DNA of 64,000 nucleotides from Saccostrea cucullata (Eukaryota): NCBI RefSeq assembly GCF_032062105.1, contig NW_026928959.1, positions 124,001 to 188,000 of the forward strand, read 5' to 3'. Shown piece by piece: positions 1 to 12,900 of this stretch (position 1 is its first letter; each line of letters starts with the position of its first letter). The notes under the pieces were generated by a model. It saw only the letters and a program-made list of their open reading frames with translations, ran no database searches and was not told where the DNA came from. The position numbers and the translations under genes were made by a program.

Positions 1-173
1 CGGGCGTGACCGGATTGAAATGGAATGCCCATTCATTTCCTCCAATTGATCCCACATTTGGTGGGATCTTTTACATCTTTAACGCATTCATTTTGTAAGA
101 TTTAAAGTTCAATGTCTTCATCTACTAAGGCGAAGATTTACCATTTATAAGATCAAGATAGAGTTGTCAGTTA

Positions 174-381
174 CTGTAAAAGCAAAGATATTCGTGGGAG
201 ATTGAATTTCGTTTATTTCGTTATTAACAATTATCAACGAAACTAAATCCCAAATGAAATTTTTATATGACTATATAATGAATAGGGCTACTTTCAAAAT
301 AACGAAATTAAATGACCACGAAGCTATTTTAGATGACAAATCAACGAAATATTATCCCCACGAAAATTTTTGCTTCTACAG
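174..381. mobile_element. Non-autonomous Tc1/mariner-like MITE
   Basis: TIRs ctgtaaaagcaaagatattcgtggg / cccacgaaaatttttgcttctacag, flanked by TA on both sides. Confidence 0.7.
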
Positions 382-1187
382 TATCAACGCTGTAGCACTA
401 GACATCGTGAAGAGCGCTTAAATTTAAATTGATGAGATTTATAATAAGAGAAATTTATAGGATGCAATGACATTTCATTGATTAGATAATATCGTATTAT
501 GGTTAAGTTGTTATCAGACAGTCTGCTTTGTAACCATCAAGGGACCGTTTGGTATAGGTGACGAATATTTAATCTTCTTAATGTGACGGCTCCGTTATAT
601 TTCTATTATGGACTAGAAGTTCATTTAACATGTCACCCTCCTACAAAAGTTAACCGTAAATATTATCTGAAATTGTCTTGAATCTGTTTTATTTGCCCGC
701 TTTGAGACAAATAGAAGCTTTCTTCATCAAAGAGATTTTTATTTTCTATAAAATTAAATGCATTCATTTGCAAATTAAAATTCTGTGTTCAAGCCTAAAA
801 CTTGACATACAATTCCATTCTATATGATATGATTCACAGGTAGGAATGGAAAATTTTGGTCATATGGTAAATCAAGAAAAGGCATTCCCAGACATAACTA
901 TGTAATAATTCTTGTCAGTAGACTTTTATGTAATAAATAAGTATTTAATATCAATATCCAAAAATACAAACAAATATATTTGACGGTCTAACGAGAAGAT
1001 CTAATTTGAAAGCGAAATTTACGTTGCAGTTTTTACACTTTGATAATATAAACTATCAAAACAGTGACATGGGAAGATACAATCGTAATTGTCATTATAT
1101 TGTACACGACAAAAAGAGAAGGCGTTATGAATGTAAATTTATAGAATTGTGACACTGTCCGCCGAGTGAGTTAATAAAAATTGGCTT

Positions 1188-1342
1188 TATAAAGACCTCT
1201 ACGTGAACACAGCCTTCATTATAAGCCTCGGGGGATTCTGAACAACTGAAGGGTAACTAAATGGGGAAATCTCTCAAATAATACTAGTACGTATAATCTT
1301 TTATCAGTACATTCTAAAATCTTTTCTTTTTTTAATTTTCAG
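1188..1342 (+). promoter_or_regulatory. Core promoter, 5'UTR exon and intron of the Cys-rich peptide gene
   Basis: TATAAA at 1188-1193; Inr-like TCATT ~30 nt downstream (1216-1220); donor GTAACT at 1253; polypyrimidine tract with AG at 1341-1342, 18 nt before the ATG. Confidence 0.55.
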
Positions 1343-1360
1343 ACATTTACTAAACCCGTT

Positions 1361-1552
1361 ATGCTAAAACTCTTGTGGATTTTAAGCTTGGTCGCAATGT
1401 ACACAGTGGTTGGTACGGAGCCTTATTGCATCTGTGACAAGGCATACTTTAACTGTAGAGTGAGGTGTTTTTCTGTGAACCAAATGTTCCTCGCCAAGTG
1501 TTCCAGAAGGTGTAGTCATTACTATTTGTCCTGTTTCAAAGACTGTATTTGA
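1361..1552 (+). CDS. Small secreted cysteine-rich peptide (63 aa, 8 Cys), toxin/antimicrobial-peptide-like
   Basis: Hydrophobic signal peptide MLKLLWILSLVAMYTVVGT; mature region C-x-C-x6-C-x3-C-x10-C-x3-C-x6-C-x3-C, cationic; preceded by a canonical acceptor and TATA promoter. Confidence 0.75.
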   Translation: MLKLLWILSLVAMYTVVGTEPYCICDKAYFNCRVRCFSVNQMFLAKCSRRCSHYYLSCFKDCI

Positions 1553-1836
1553 CAAATAATGACATCACGGACAAAATGTGAAAGGAAATGACGATAATTG
1601 TAAACTCTCCACTCAACTGTACCTCAGAACACATCAACTTTTGTAAAAAGTCTGAAGTAAATGCAAATCTTATTATACAATTTTTGGATTGTTTATAATA
1701 ACGAGGAAACGTAGTAAAACCTGATGAGGTAACGTGTCTATAACCTACCATATTGTTAAGCGTATGTCAGAAGCAAACATTTTTAAACATTGCAAAACTT
1801 TTTTAATATTGGATTTTTTAAAACAAAATCACAATA

Positions 1837-2027
1837 TTGTATACAGAGAAATACCCCCCCTCCGTTTTATTTTCACCCCTTTCGCCCTTGTAACAAATCA
1901 GCGAATTTAAAACGGAGCGAATTCAAGGTTCACAGTATACATTTTAACCAGAACTGTGATGCAGCGAATTGAAAACGGGGCAAAATCGTTAGCTAGTGTA
2001 AAAGGGCGAAAATAACCCTGAATGCAG
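1837..2027. mobile_element. Degenerate Tc1/mariner-like MITE
   Basis: Imperfect TIRs (ttgtatacagagaaata / aataaccctgaatgcag), TA flanks, internal inverted tttcgccc/gggcgaaa. Confidence 0.45.
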
Positions 2028-3179
2028 TATAAATCATGGAATTTGCGTAAGAATGAAATTTACTTTTTTTTAAAAAAGTTTCGGCAAACTGTAAGTTACT
2101 TTCATTTGATTTCGAATAAAAACACAAATAAGATTATGATCGGAATGTACCGGTATTTGTGTTTAACATACTGTATATTTTGCCATTATCTTATTTTTTT
2201 TTATACCAAGGATAGATGATAAACACACAAAATGGACGCCTGGATCGGTAAACATTTTCTTCTATTTAGTTTGTAAATTATTCAACCAATAAATTTCTAG
2301 ACAATTAAGAGATTAAAAGCTTTGTGTGCTGATTTAAATTTAGCCTCTGCATCCATTCTTTTGAATGAATACAATTTTTGTCACTTTCAATTTCTTTATT
2401 ATTAACATTTGAATGAAATTTTCAAATCTGTGCGAATAAAGTTAATCACTTTTCTCCTTTGAATTTGACTTGAAATTAATTTTCCAGATTTTTGAAATTT
2501 GTTTTATCATTTTTCCGTAATAATTTTTGTCTTATTTCTAAGAAACGTGTAGTATTTCAGTAATTTGTAAATAGTTTGTAAATTAATGAAATATTTATAA
2601 GGCGAAAACTGTCCCAAGTTGTGTTATTTCGCCTAATAAAGGTTAAATTAAGATGCTACAGTCCTTATAATTTATTTTTGTGAAGTCAATAAGACAATTT
2701 TTCCTCCAAAAATGGTGTCTTCAATTAAGCATATTTTAAAAGTAATGTCAATCGGAGTAATACCTTTTTGACGTAGCTAATTGTGACGTAGGCAACTTAT
2801 GGTATACGAGATAGACTAAATGTTTTAGCCAATAAAATGACGTGTCACAACTTAAATTAAATTATTAGAAATTATGTATAACTAGAACAGTCCATAGTTC
2901 TAAACTAAGAAAATTTGTCAAAAATACTTGTGCCCTAAACAATCTTATTGTGTCAGAAGGGAAAAGAACAGCTTTGTGTTTTACTACTAGTATATCAGGA
3001 CTTTTGTTTAACAAAACAGTAAATTAATATGAATTGTATTGTTTAAATGTTAGTACAGTTTGATTTTGAATACATTTTCAATTCATTTTTCAACATTAAA
3101 ATGATTCGATCTTCTATCAACCTTACCCATCTTCGAAAAGGTCAATTTCTTTTTATATCATGAACAGAGGTCGATGAAA

Positions 3180-3620
3180 CAATTTCTTATTTTAAACGAT
3201 CTTTATTTTCTGATTGAAAAAAAAATATATTTAGTTTATGGAGATCACGACTTGCAATAATCCCTTGGAATTCATATCGGTACCAGTTGTGTTCCGTTGT
3301 TAGCAGATCTAGACCTATTTATGATAAATGTGATGACTTTAACTTTCAACAAGGATACCAAAAGTCTCGTTTGAAGTCATTATTTAGGAAGTTTTTGTAT
3401 CAAAACAATGATTTTATTGACAAATACAACCTATCATTGAGTCAAAAGCTGACTGACCTGTCTTTGTTACTACATGTTTTACACCCTCATTGTCTAAATT
3501 GTCTACAGTTTTTCTCGATTGTCTTATCATAGCAAAGGGCACTAGGCGGATGTGATCGGTCGGTAGAGGATGCTCATTCATTCGTGGCACCTGATACCAC
3601 TTCTGATGAATTTTTCCTTG
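3180..3620 (+). mobile_element. Penelope-like retroelement 3' fragment (decayed)
   Basis: Translates to IYDKCDDFNF and QQGYQKSRLKSLFRKF, matching the PLE RT/thumb motif LYDKRDDFNF; 3' tail shared in reverse with 5200-5270 and 16530-16570. Confidence 0.55.
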
Positions 3621-5199
3621 CTCTTCATTTGTATTGTTTGAATGGACTTTTGTGCTTGAATACTGTACGGTATTTCCATATAATGGTAAGTTTGTGACAT
3701 GCTGCAATGAATTTATACCATGTAATTAAATAATGAAATGTGAAATTGCTTCTTCAGTTGTTATTATGCGTATAAATAATGTAGCTGTTTTTTTCTACAT
3801 TCCCTAACAATCAAACAAAAAGATATATATCACTGGTTGACTGAAAGAAAAGACAATGTCTTTCTTTAATAATGAATAATTTTTCAATCATAACTTTACA
3901 TATGAGTGTCAAAATAAATAGGAGTTAAGGAATGTTAAATTTTGTTCACAGTATACCATTCAAGAGTTTACAGCAGTTATGACATTGCTTTTGGTCAACA
4001 TAATAATTTAACATCTTATATTAATGATGTCAGACACTACCCCTATTAAAACAAGATTAACAAAAAATTATTCTATAACTTGCATATCAAAATTGTCTTA
4101 CAAGTACTACGTGTATCTTGCATCATGACTTACTTCCCTTGCATGGTGCAGGCTGACATAATTAAAATTGCATGTATGAAACAGAAATATGTCACCGTAA
4201 TGTCGTAATAAAATAATCATTTAAGAATGGTTGAGTTCGTTTAATGTTGTGGACGTCATCATATGTTACCTCGACATAAATGAGCAACAGTTCTATTCTT
4301 TTTTTTTTTTTTTACACTTTACAGGTGATGTTTTTTACACTTTACAGGTGATGGGTTAGCGGTATTCTAGTACTTATAAAAGATCGTGGTTTTCATAGAA
4401 GAAATAAAGTCGATGCAAATACTTATAAAAATTTTCCATAATAGATTTACGTATCAAATATTTTTTAAAATATGCTCTCTCAGCACGCCATTTTTTTCAT
4501 TATTATTATATCAATATATTTTTTACAAAAGGTTTTATATTTCTGAAACAACAAATATCCAAGTTACCATGAACATTGAATTATCCATTTGTGTTTTATT
4601 CAAACAAGGTGTTTTAAACAGGAAATAAATCTCGAGTAGATTTTGTTGATTTTATTTTCTTGAATGGAGATTAGGCAAATTAATGGTAATAATGAAAATT
4701 AATTTTTAGAATTTTTGCTTTGAACACCTACATGCAATGCAAATTAAAAACGTCCAACTGAATGCAATTATGGGGTAATTTATTTGTCGGCATAAGATAA
4801 ATGTAGAATCAGAAATTTTGTTTCGGGGTGTATTCAATTCAAAATACATATACTTATTTCCAAAAATACCCCAGTAACAATATTCAAATCAGAATAATAT
4901 TTAGTTGTTTCTACTAACACTTTCAGGGGAATATTTCAAATATTAGATATGGATTTTTATGACTTAGTCTTTAATAGGGGAAAATGATAACATTGTTCAT
5001 ACTTCATATCTTTTTTAAAATGTTTTTTTTTCTAAGGAAAAAAGTCATCATTGATTAATTATTTTAAAAATTTGACCATACAAACATAGTTTCTGATTGT
5101 TTGAAATTTTCCTGGAATATATGAAGATAACAGACAGTATTCAAGCTCAAAAATCCATTAAACAATACAATATTGGAGCAAAGCAAACACCTTCAAAAT

Positions 5200-6740
5200 A
5201 GCACAAGTTAGATAAGGTGCCACTGAAGAGTGAGCATCTTATGCCGAACTGTCACACCCGTCCTGTGCTCCTTTTCATGATCTAGAAATAACTAACAAAT
5301 CCTTTGAAAATTCAGTGTGTATTGTGACGTTACCTATTTTCGATAGTATCCTAATTTCGATAGGCTAATTTTTTTAACAATAAACCAGAAACCCTTCCGT
5401 AATTTTTCTGAAGTCTTATCCCAAAATTATCATCAGATGCATGAAGTGTATTAAAGCCAAAAAAATTGAAAATTATGCCATTTAGTGAGGTAAGATTCTA
5501 TTTTTCTCTTTATCTATTCAAATCACGCCCTTTTCTCATAATGCAAAATAATTCACTCTAAAACCCTATCTCCTAAGCCTGAAAACAACATCTGATGATT
5601 TAATGTTATCGTCTGTTAAAAAGCTCTGTGTTATGGCCTAAAAATAGGTGAGCCTCACTTTGGGCTAACTTCCGCATAAAAAATAAAGTATGGAAGCCTG
5701 TTACATGTATTTTATTTTTAAATTTTGATATATTTCAATGTTTTCAGTTTTGTTTCTGTTGCTTTAATGTTCGTTTCTTTGTAAATATTTTCCACCAAAA
5801 GAGGAAATTACAAGAACTATTACAGGCCAAAGGCTGTGGATAATGCTTTCCAAGCAGACAATGGCTCTTTGCTTGAAATTTTAATTTTATAAAATTTCAA
5901 CCAAAAAATTAAAAAAATTAATGTTAAAATTAATCATATTTTATTTGTTGTTAAGTTTATAGTTGAAAACAGGACAACAAAAATCCAATACCATAAAAAA
6001 GGACAAAAAACATATAAAAGAAAATAAAAACCCACACAAAATAACATAATTCGATGTTTTTATGACAATAACTGTGCGCCATACTTGCTATCGAAAAAAG
6101 GTGACGTCATTCAAAACAACTCGGATTATGGCGGATCCAAAGAAAGTTGAAACAGTACTGAAATTCTTGATTAAAAAAAAAAAAATTAATGTCTGAATAT
6201 ATTTATTTATTGTTGACTAATAATACATAAATAATTGAGGTGAGAAAAACATAGATGCCTAGATGAATTTTTTGACTCAAGTTTTACACTATGGAAAACC
6301 GGTAACGCCAGGATATATAATGGCCTAACAATTAGTATGAAAAACCGTCAGTCAGCATTTGACTTAATGATAAATAACATTTATTGGTAAGGTTATTGCA
6401 TCGACCATAGAACTTACATGTAAATCGAGATGCTGACATTCTTGTTTCGTTTACTTGTTTGTCAGCAACTTACCCCATTTTAGAAATTGTTCACATGTAG
6501 AGCATGCTCTTTAGTATCGAATCACCTGAGAGATATAAACCCCGTATTCAGTTGATGAAGGTATATTACTGCATAAATAAGGGAAGTTGATGATTGAAAA
6601 ATGAAAGTCAACACGTATATCTTGATATCAAGCTTTGTTTTTAGATTTCGATTAACGCCTTTATCTAGTCAAATATCCAGATATTCAACAGATGTGTCAG
6701 AATCTGTGGTGTCTTTAATTTCGAGCACAACTAGGTATAT
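5200..6740 (-). mobile_element. Decayed Penelope-like retroelement fragment interrupted by a ~1-kb TIR element (~5325-6310)
   Basis: Minus strand 6500-6609 reads DFHFSIINFPYLCSNIPSSTEYGVYISQVIRY*RAC (PLE motif NFPFLSSNIP..AYGVYISQLIRY); the insert has imperfect TIRs tgacgttacctattttcgatagt / actatggaaaaccggtaacgcca. Confidence 0.6.
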
Positions 6741-7986
6741 TTCATCGACATAGAAATGGAAATGAGGAGGAATGCCGTACCAGAACTTTATTTCAATAAT
6801 CTTTAAGATATCCCTGTGAAGTGTACACATTAAAAGGCCGATTTAAGCTCTGAATTATTTTATATTAATTTTTTTCAAATGTTTTTCGTAAAACTGAAAA
6901 TAATGATGTTTTAATTGCAATTAAGATGTTTTCGATTTAAACTTTGCTGTTAATGAATGTATCAAATGAATTATGTAAGGAAAAGCCAGATAAACATTTA
7001 AATTTTTTTACTAAAAAATTATTAATGAAAATGAAACAATTTTTTAAAAATAATTTCAAGTGTTAAACCATTCATCACCTAATTTGCGAATAAATCTTTT
7101 TTTATTTTCTCTGAAAATCACCTTTATAAATCTTTTCAAATGGTATTGGTCTTTCAATGTTGAAACCATAATTTTAAATGGATGTCGTAAAGATCTATGA
7201 AATGAAATTCTGATCTGGCCTTCCTCCTTAATTTTAAATCAACCACAAACTTCGTCCATAAGCGTTCGGATTAACGCGGCTTTATTGTTAATCATCGTGA
7301 AGGAAGTTTTTCTTTGTACAAAAAGTTAAACCTACCTGAAGAAGGTTTCAACTGCGGAAGTTTTTTTAAACACTCTTATCAGCTTTTTCGGAACAACCGA
7401 GAATTCTGGATTTGTTAGGTTGGTTTTGGATTTTACAGGCCTAAAATATCGATTGCATGGACCAATTCTATGCAGGTAAGTGTACCCATCTCTAAAAAAT
7501 GTAACATAATTTTAAAAGGAAGGAATGGGTTAGTGCTATTTGATGGCACCTTAAAGTGCAAAATCAATACTTGAAGTTAATTCCAGGTTGATTTTTTCTA
7601 CAAATGAACAGTACTGTAGTTTACTGATGTTCTATGCGTCGTTCTAGGCTGTTGATACAGACATTAATCATCGCAGTAGGCTATTGATAACAAAAAATTA
7701 CTAACTACATGTAGTGTAATATAAGATGGTCTCACAATTGTCTATAGATATGAAAAATGAAGAAAGAATTTAACTAAAAATCAGTACATCATATTTATTA
7801 TTGGAATTACTTTTTTTCTTAATACGCAGATTAATTTATGAGCATTACATGTACATATATTCACTACTGTGAGTTAGACAGGAATCTATTCATTCTTGTT
7901 AACATGCCTATAGAATGACTCCTATAATTTTTGTATTGCAGAATTCCTTTGAGAGTTAATATTGATTGTCAGTTTTAGATTTCATC

Positions 7987-9933
7987 ATGGAAAGCAATAA
8001 CGATGCAGAATTCAGTGATTTGTGCCAGAAGATCAAAGAGGAGGTCTGTGCTGTAAATTGTTCTGATCTTCTAGATGACGCTGTGGAAATGCATATTGAA
8101 TTGATATGGAACACCATTGATAGAATAAAAAGAAACAAAGAAACCCTCTCAATTATAGTTGATTCTTTAGTGGAAAACAATTTGAAAGGACTCACAGAAA
8201 ATGGGTTGTCGTTGTTGTTGGAAAAGAAGGAAGAGCTCGCTACTATGGAGGGCGCTGCCTCTCAGAATGTTCGGAGTTTTCTGTCCGTTGTCTGGATTGT
8301 GACGGACTCCTCTTCCTTGTTCTGTCATCAGTTAGTCTGTTCTTCTGTTGCTATTCAAAAGACCTCACAATTACTAGATTTTCTTAAGGATACTACTCCA
8401 AATGAATCTGTGTTGTTTTTAGTTAAGTTTATTTTAGGATGTTGGCATAACTGCCTCAGACACGTGTCCTCAGCGGCTCAGTATCATTTCAGAGAACTTG
8501 ATATCAATACGATAACACATAAGACAATAGCTAAGTTTGAGGACAGTCCTATGATTCTGGCGAAGGGTATCCTTGTCTTGTCATATCTACTGACAGAAAA
8601 TGACGAGGAAGAGGAGGGACTGCTGGAAACCAACATACTGGGGTTTATTATTCAGATTCTCAGTCAGGCCGTGAGGGCCGGGGACAGGGTGTCACGGAGA
8701 CATGGAATGAGTGTCCAGGAGGTGCTCCAAGGGATAAATAACCTCTCTGAAAATGACAAAAATAAAGAGGAACTCGTGACAACAGGTGCTCTACCAATTC
8801 TAGTCCAAATCCTGAAAGACAAACTAAATCCAGGGGAGGTTATACAAACTCTCATGATTATTTGGCGAATTTCTTTCTTGAATCAAAATTTTTCTAGAAT
8901 CATATCCGAACCAGATTTAATTAGTGGTAAGTAATGATGTCTTTTTGCTTAAATTAATTTAATCTATAATCTAAATATATGCCATGAAAGCTTTTTCATG
9001 CGTAAAGAAAGATAATATTTATTACACAGACCTTCATATATTTGTTTTCAGAAAATGGATGTACAAAACGATTAAGTAACGTTTTGTTTATAGTTGTAGA
9101 ACGTCTTCAGTTTGACGAAAATGAAAAGATACGACATTCCGCCACTGGTGCATTGTGGGAAATTAAACAACGCAATCTTAAAAATTATTCTATAAATGGT
9201 ATAGTTGTTATCTCTAATACAGATCGAAAATTTTCTGTGATTCTAATTCATCTTTTATTACATAGGTAAATGATATATACATGTATAATATATAATATGT
9301 ATGAATATGATCTACCAAAAAAGTTCAATATTTATCATCCGCCATAGATGACCCTCGACCTCACGTGATGATCAGCTACCAGTGGGATTCACAACACGTG
9401 ATGCTAAAGGTCAAGGACTCCCTAAAACAAGCCGGCTACAAAGTGTGGATGGATGTGGAAAACATAAGTCAGTACTGAAATTATGTCTGTAGTCGGTTTA
9501 TATCTTTATATTAGTCAATATATCAAAAGAAAATATATGAGCTAGAAGATGAAGAAAAGCATCAAAAGTCAGTATCAGTACTGAGTGCTACGTACAATTC
9601 AAATAAAAGTTACAACAAGAGGCCCAGGGGCCACAGCGCTCACCTGAGCACATATTTACCCCCCCCCCCTTCCAGGCGATAATCATTTGAACAAACTTGA
9701 ATCTACACTACCTGAGGATGATTCCATCTAAATACCCCGGGTATCACTAATCATAGCTTTGAAGTACCTGGGTACTTGAAAAGAAGAATTTAAAAGGTTT
9801 CCCGATATATCCCTATGTAAAACTTGGGTCGGCCATTTTGGCCCCACCCTATTCCCAGGGCCGGGGGGTCATGATTTGTACAAACTTGAATCTACACTAC
9901 CTGAGGATGATTCCACATGAGTTTCATCTTTCC

Positions 9934-9967
<34 letters not shown>

Positions 9968-12900
9968 GATTTTCCCCATTTTGGCCCCATCCTTGCCCCG
10001 GGGGTCATGACTTGAACAAACTTGAATCTACACTACCTGAGGATGATTCCACATGAGTTTCATCTTTCCTGGCCCAGTGGTTCTGGAGAAAAAGATTTTT
10101 AAAGTGTGGACCCTTGGATGATTTGGAAAACTATAATGCTTCCACATGAGTTTCATCTTTCATAGCACAGTGGTTCTGGAGAAGAAAATTTTTAAAATAT
10201 ATATTCCTGTAGTCGGCCATTTTGGCCCCACCCTTGCCCCGGAGGTCATGATTTGAACAAACTTGAATCTACACTACCTGAGGATGATTCCACATGAGTT
10301 TCATCTTTCCTGGCCCAGTTGTTCTGGAGAAGAAGATTTTTAAAGATTTTCCCTATATATTCCTATGTAAAAAGCCCCATCAAAAGAATCTACACTACCT
10401 GAGGATGCTTCCACATGAGTCACTAGCCCATTCTGGAGAAGAAAATTTTTAAAGATTTTTCCTATATATTCCTATGTAAAAAGTCGGCCATTTTGGGACT
10501 TGAACAAATGAGGATGATTCCACATGAGTTTCATCTTTCCTGGCCCAGTGGTTCTGGAGAAAAAGATTTTTAAAGATTTCCCCTATATATTCCTATGTAA
10601 AACTTTGGTCGGCCATTTTGGCCCCACCCTTTAAATACACTATACATGAGTTTCATCTTTCATGCACAGTGGTTCTGGAGAAGAAAATTTTTAAAGATTT
10701 TTCTTATATATTCCTAATTAATGATTTGAACAAACTTGAATCTACATTCTTATTTCTAATGATCTTTCCTGGCCCAGTTGTTCTGGAGAAGAAGATTTTT
10801 GATATTGAGGATGCTTCCACATGTTTCATCTCTCCTGACCCAGCGGTTCTGGAGAAGAAGATTTTTTAAAAAATTACAGATTGATCTCCCCTTTTTTCTT
10901 AAAATGACTGTGTTGAAATTGCAACGACGTCTTTGACAAATTAACTATCCTCTTGACTTCAAAGTTTAAATATACACTTGACTTTTAATGAACCACAAAC
11001 ATGACAAATATGAAATAAATCTTTTGTTTTACCTTTAATGACGATTGATTTTATGCAGTGTAGGCGGATCCACGGTGGAGGCGATGTCCCTGGCCATCGA
11101 GAACGCGGCTGTTGTGCTCGTTTGTATGTCACAGAAATACAAAGAAAGTCCTAACTGTAGATCAGGTAATTGTGTGTGTCACAGGTGAAAATAAGGTAAT
11201 TTTTATGTCACAAAATACAATAAATTAATTAATAATTAAAAAGGTGAACATCAGTTATAGTTCTGTATAAAGTAACAGGTGGGTCACAAAAATTAAATAT
11301 GTGTGTGTCGGAAAACTCTGTATATATGTTAAAAAATACAAGGAAAGTATATCACATAAATAAAAAAAAAAACTGTAGATCAAAACAGGTAATTGTATGT
11401 GTCACAAAATACAATAGAGTAATTCTGTCTCTCACAAAAATATAATTAAGGACCAGGTGAACGTCAGTTATAGTTCTGTATGTTACAACATACAATAAAG
11501 TAACAGGTGAAAATTAGGTAATTCAGTATGTCACAAAAATACAATAAAGTAACAGGTGAATATAAGGTAATTCTGTATGTCACAAAAATACAATAAAGGA
11601 CCAGGTGATCACTAGGTAATTCTAAACATCACAAAAATACAATTAAGTAACAGGTGAACATCAGGTAATTCTTTATGTCACAAAAATACAGTAAAGTAAA
11701 AGGGTGAACATCAGTTATAGTTCTGTATGTCACAAATATACAGTAATAAAAGTAACAGTTGAAAATTCGGTAATTCTGTATGTCACAAAAATTAGCAATC
11801 GCCACGCTCGACTTTGAAGTGAAAGTGCCAGCTATAGCCTCGTGTCAGCGGCAGGCGCTGGGAAAATTTTGTTTGTTAAACAATATACAATCAATCAATC
11901 AATCAATCAAAAATTGAATACAAAAGAGTGTCAGCTATAGCTATTTTTAGCACAGGGGCATGAAGGAGAGTTGGTATAAAAATTCCGTATGTCATAAAGG
12001 TTAAATTGGACAACATGCATAATTATGTTAAATTTTGACAATATATCGACAACGCGGCTCCAAGTTGTGAGAGATCGGAAAATCCAATTTCGAAATACTT
12101 TTTTTACTAAATGATAGTAATCAGCATGTATGTCAAAGTGTGATAAATATTCCTTATTAAAAGAATCATCTACACACATAAAAAAGAATAATCAATCAAA
12201 CCTTTATATCCATATTGGCATATTTTATTTGCTTCAGTATACAAATAATTCTACAAATTCAGTCAAGGGGATCCGAACCCCCCACCCCACCCCCTGTGGT
12301 TGGTAAGATTGATAAAGGTAAAATAATAAAAATTTGTATCTACATTAAATAACTCTAAAAGTTGCTTTAATAAAGAACAACAGAGTTTATGTATAAAGTA
12401 TTTTTTTTTAAAACATTATTTTTCTCGCCGTCAGAATTTTTATTAAAGCAACTTTCAGAGTGTAATGTTATCAATCCGGAAGACAAGCCCCTATGTATTC
12501 AGCATGTGTGAAAAATTTATGTGTCATTATCTGTGATAAATATTCCAAGAATACACACTTAATAAAGAATAATCCCAGACCTCTATATGCATATTTTATT
12601 TCTTACATTGTTGTAACATTTGTATACATTTAAGTGTGTCTAAAAATTTGAAGTGTGTGTTGATTTGTGTAATGTGTTTTTTTTTTTTTACATTTTAGAG
12701 GCGGATGATTGCTGTAACGTGTTTTATTTTAACATTTTAGAAGCAGAGTAAATTTACAAATTCTGGAAGTGTGTGTTGATTGCTGTGCTTTCTACATTTT
12801 AGAGGCGGAGTATGCGTACAAACTCCGGAAATGCGTGGTTCCCCTCCGACTTGAGCCTCGGTACGTTCCAGACGGGTGGCTAGGGTTAATAATAGGAACC

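Noticed and set aside
1700-1745. Hammerhead ribozyme (GAAAC..CTGATGAG)
   Set aside because: Core boxes are present but stems I and II cannot be formed; no convincing hammerhead was found near the Penelope-like fragments either
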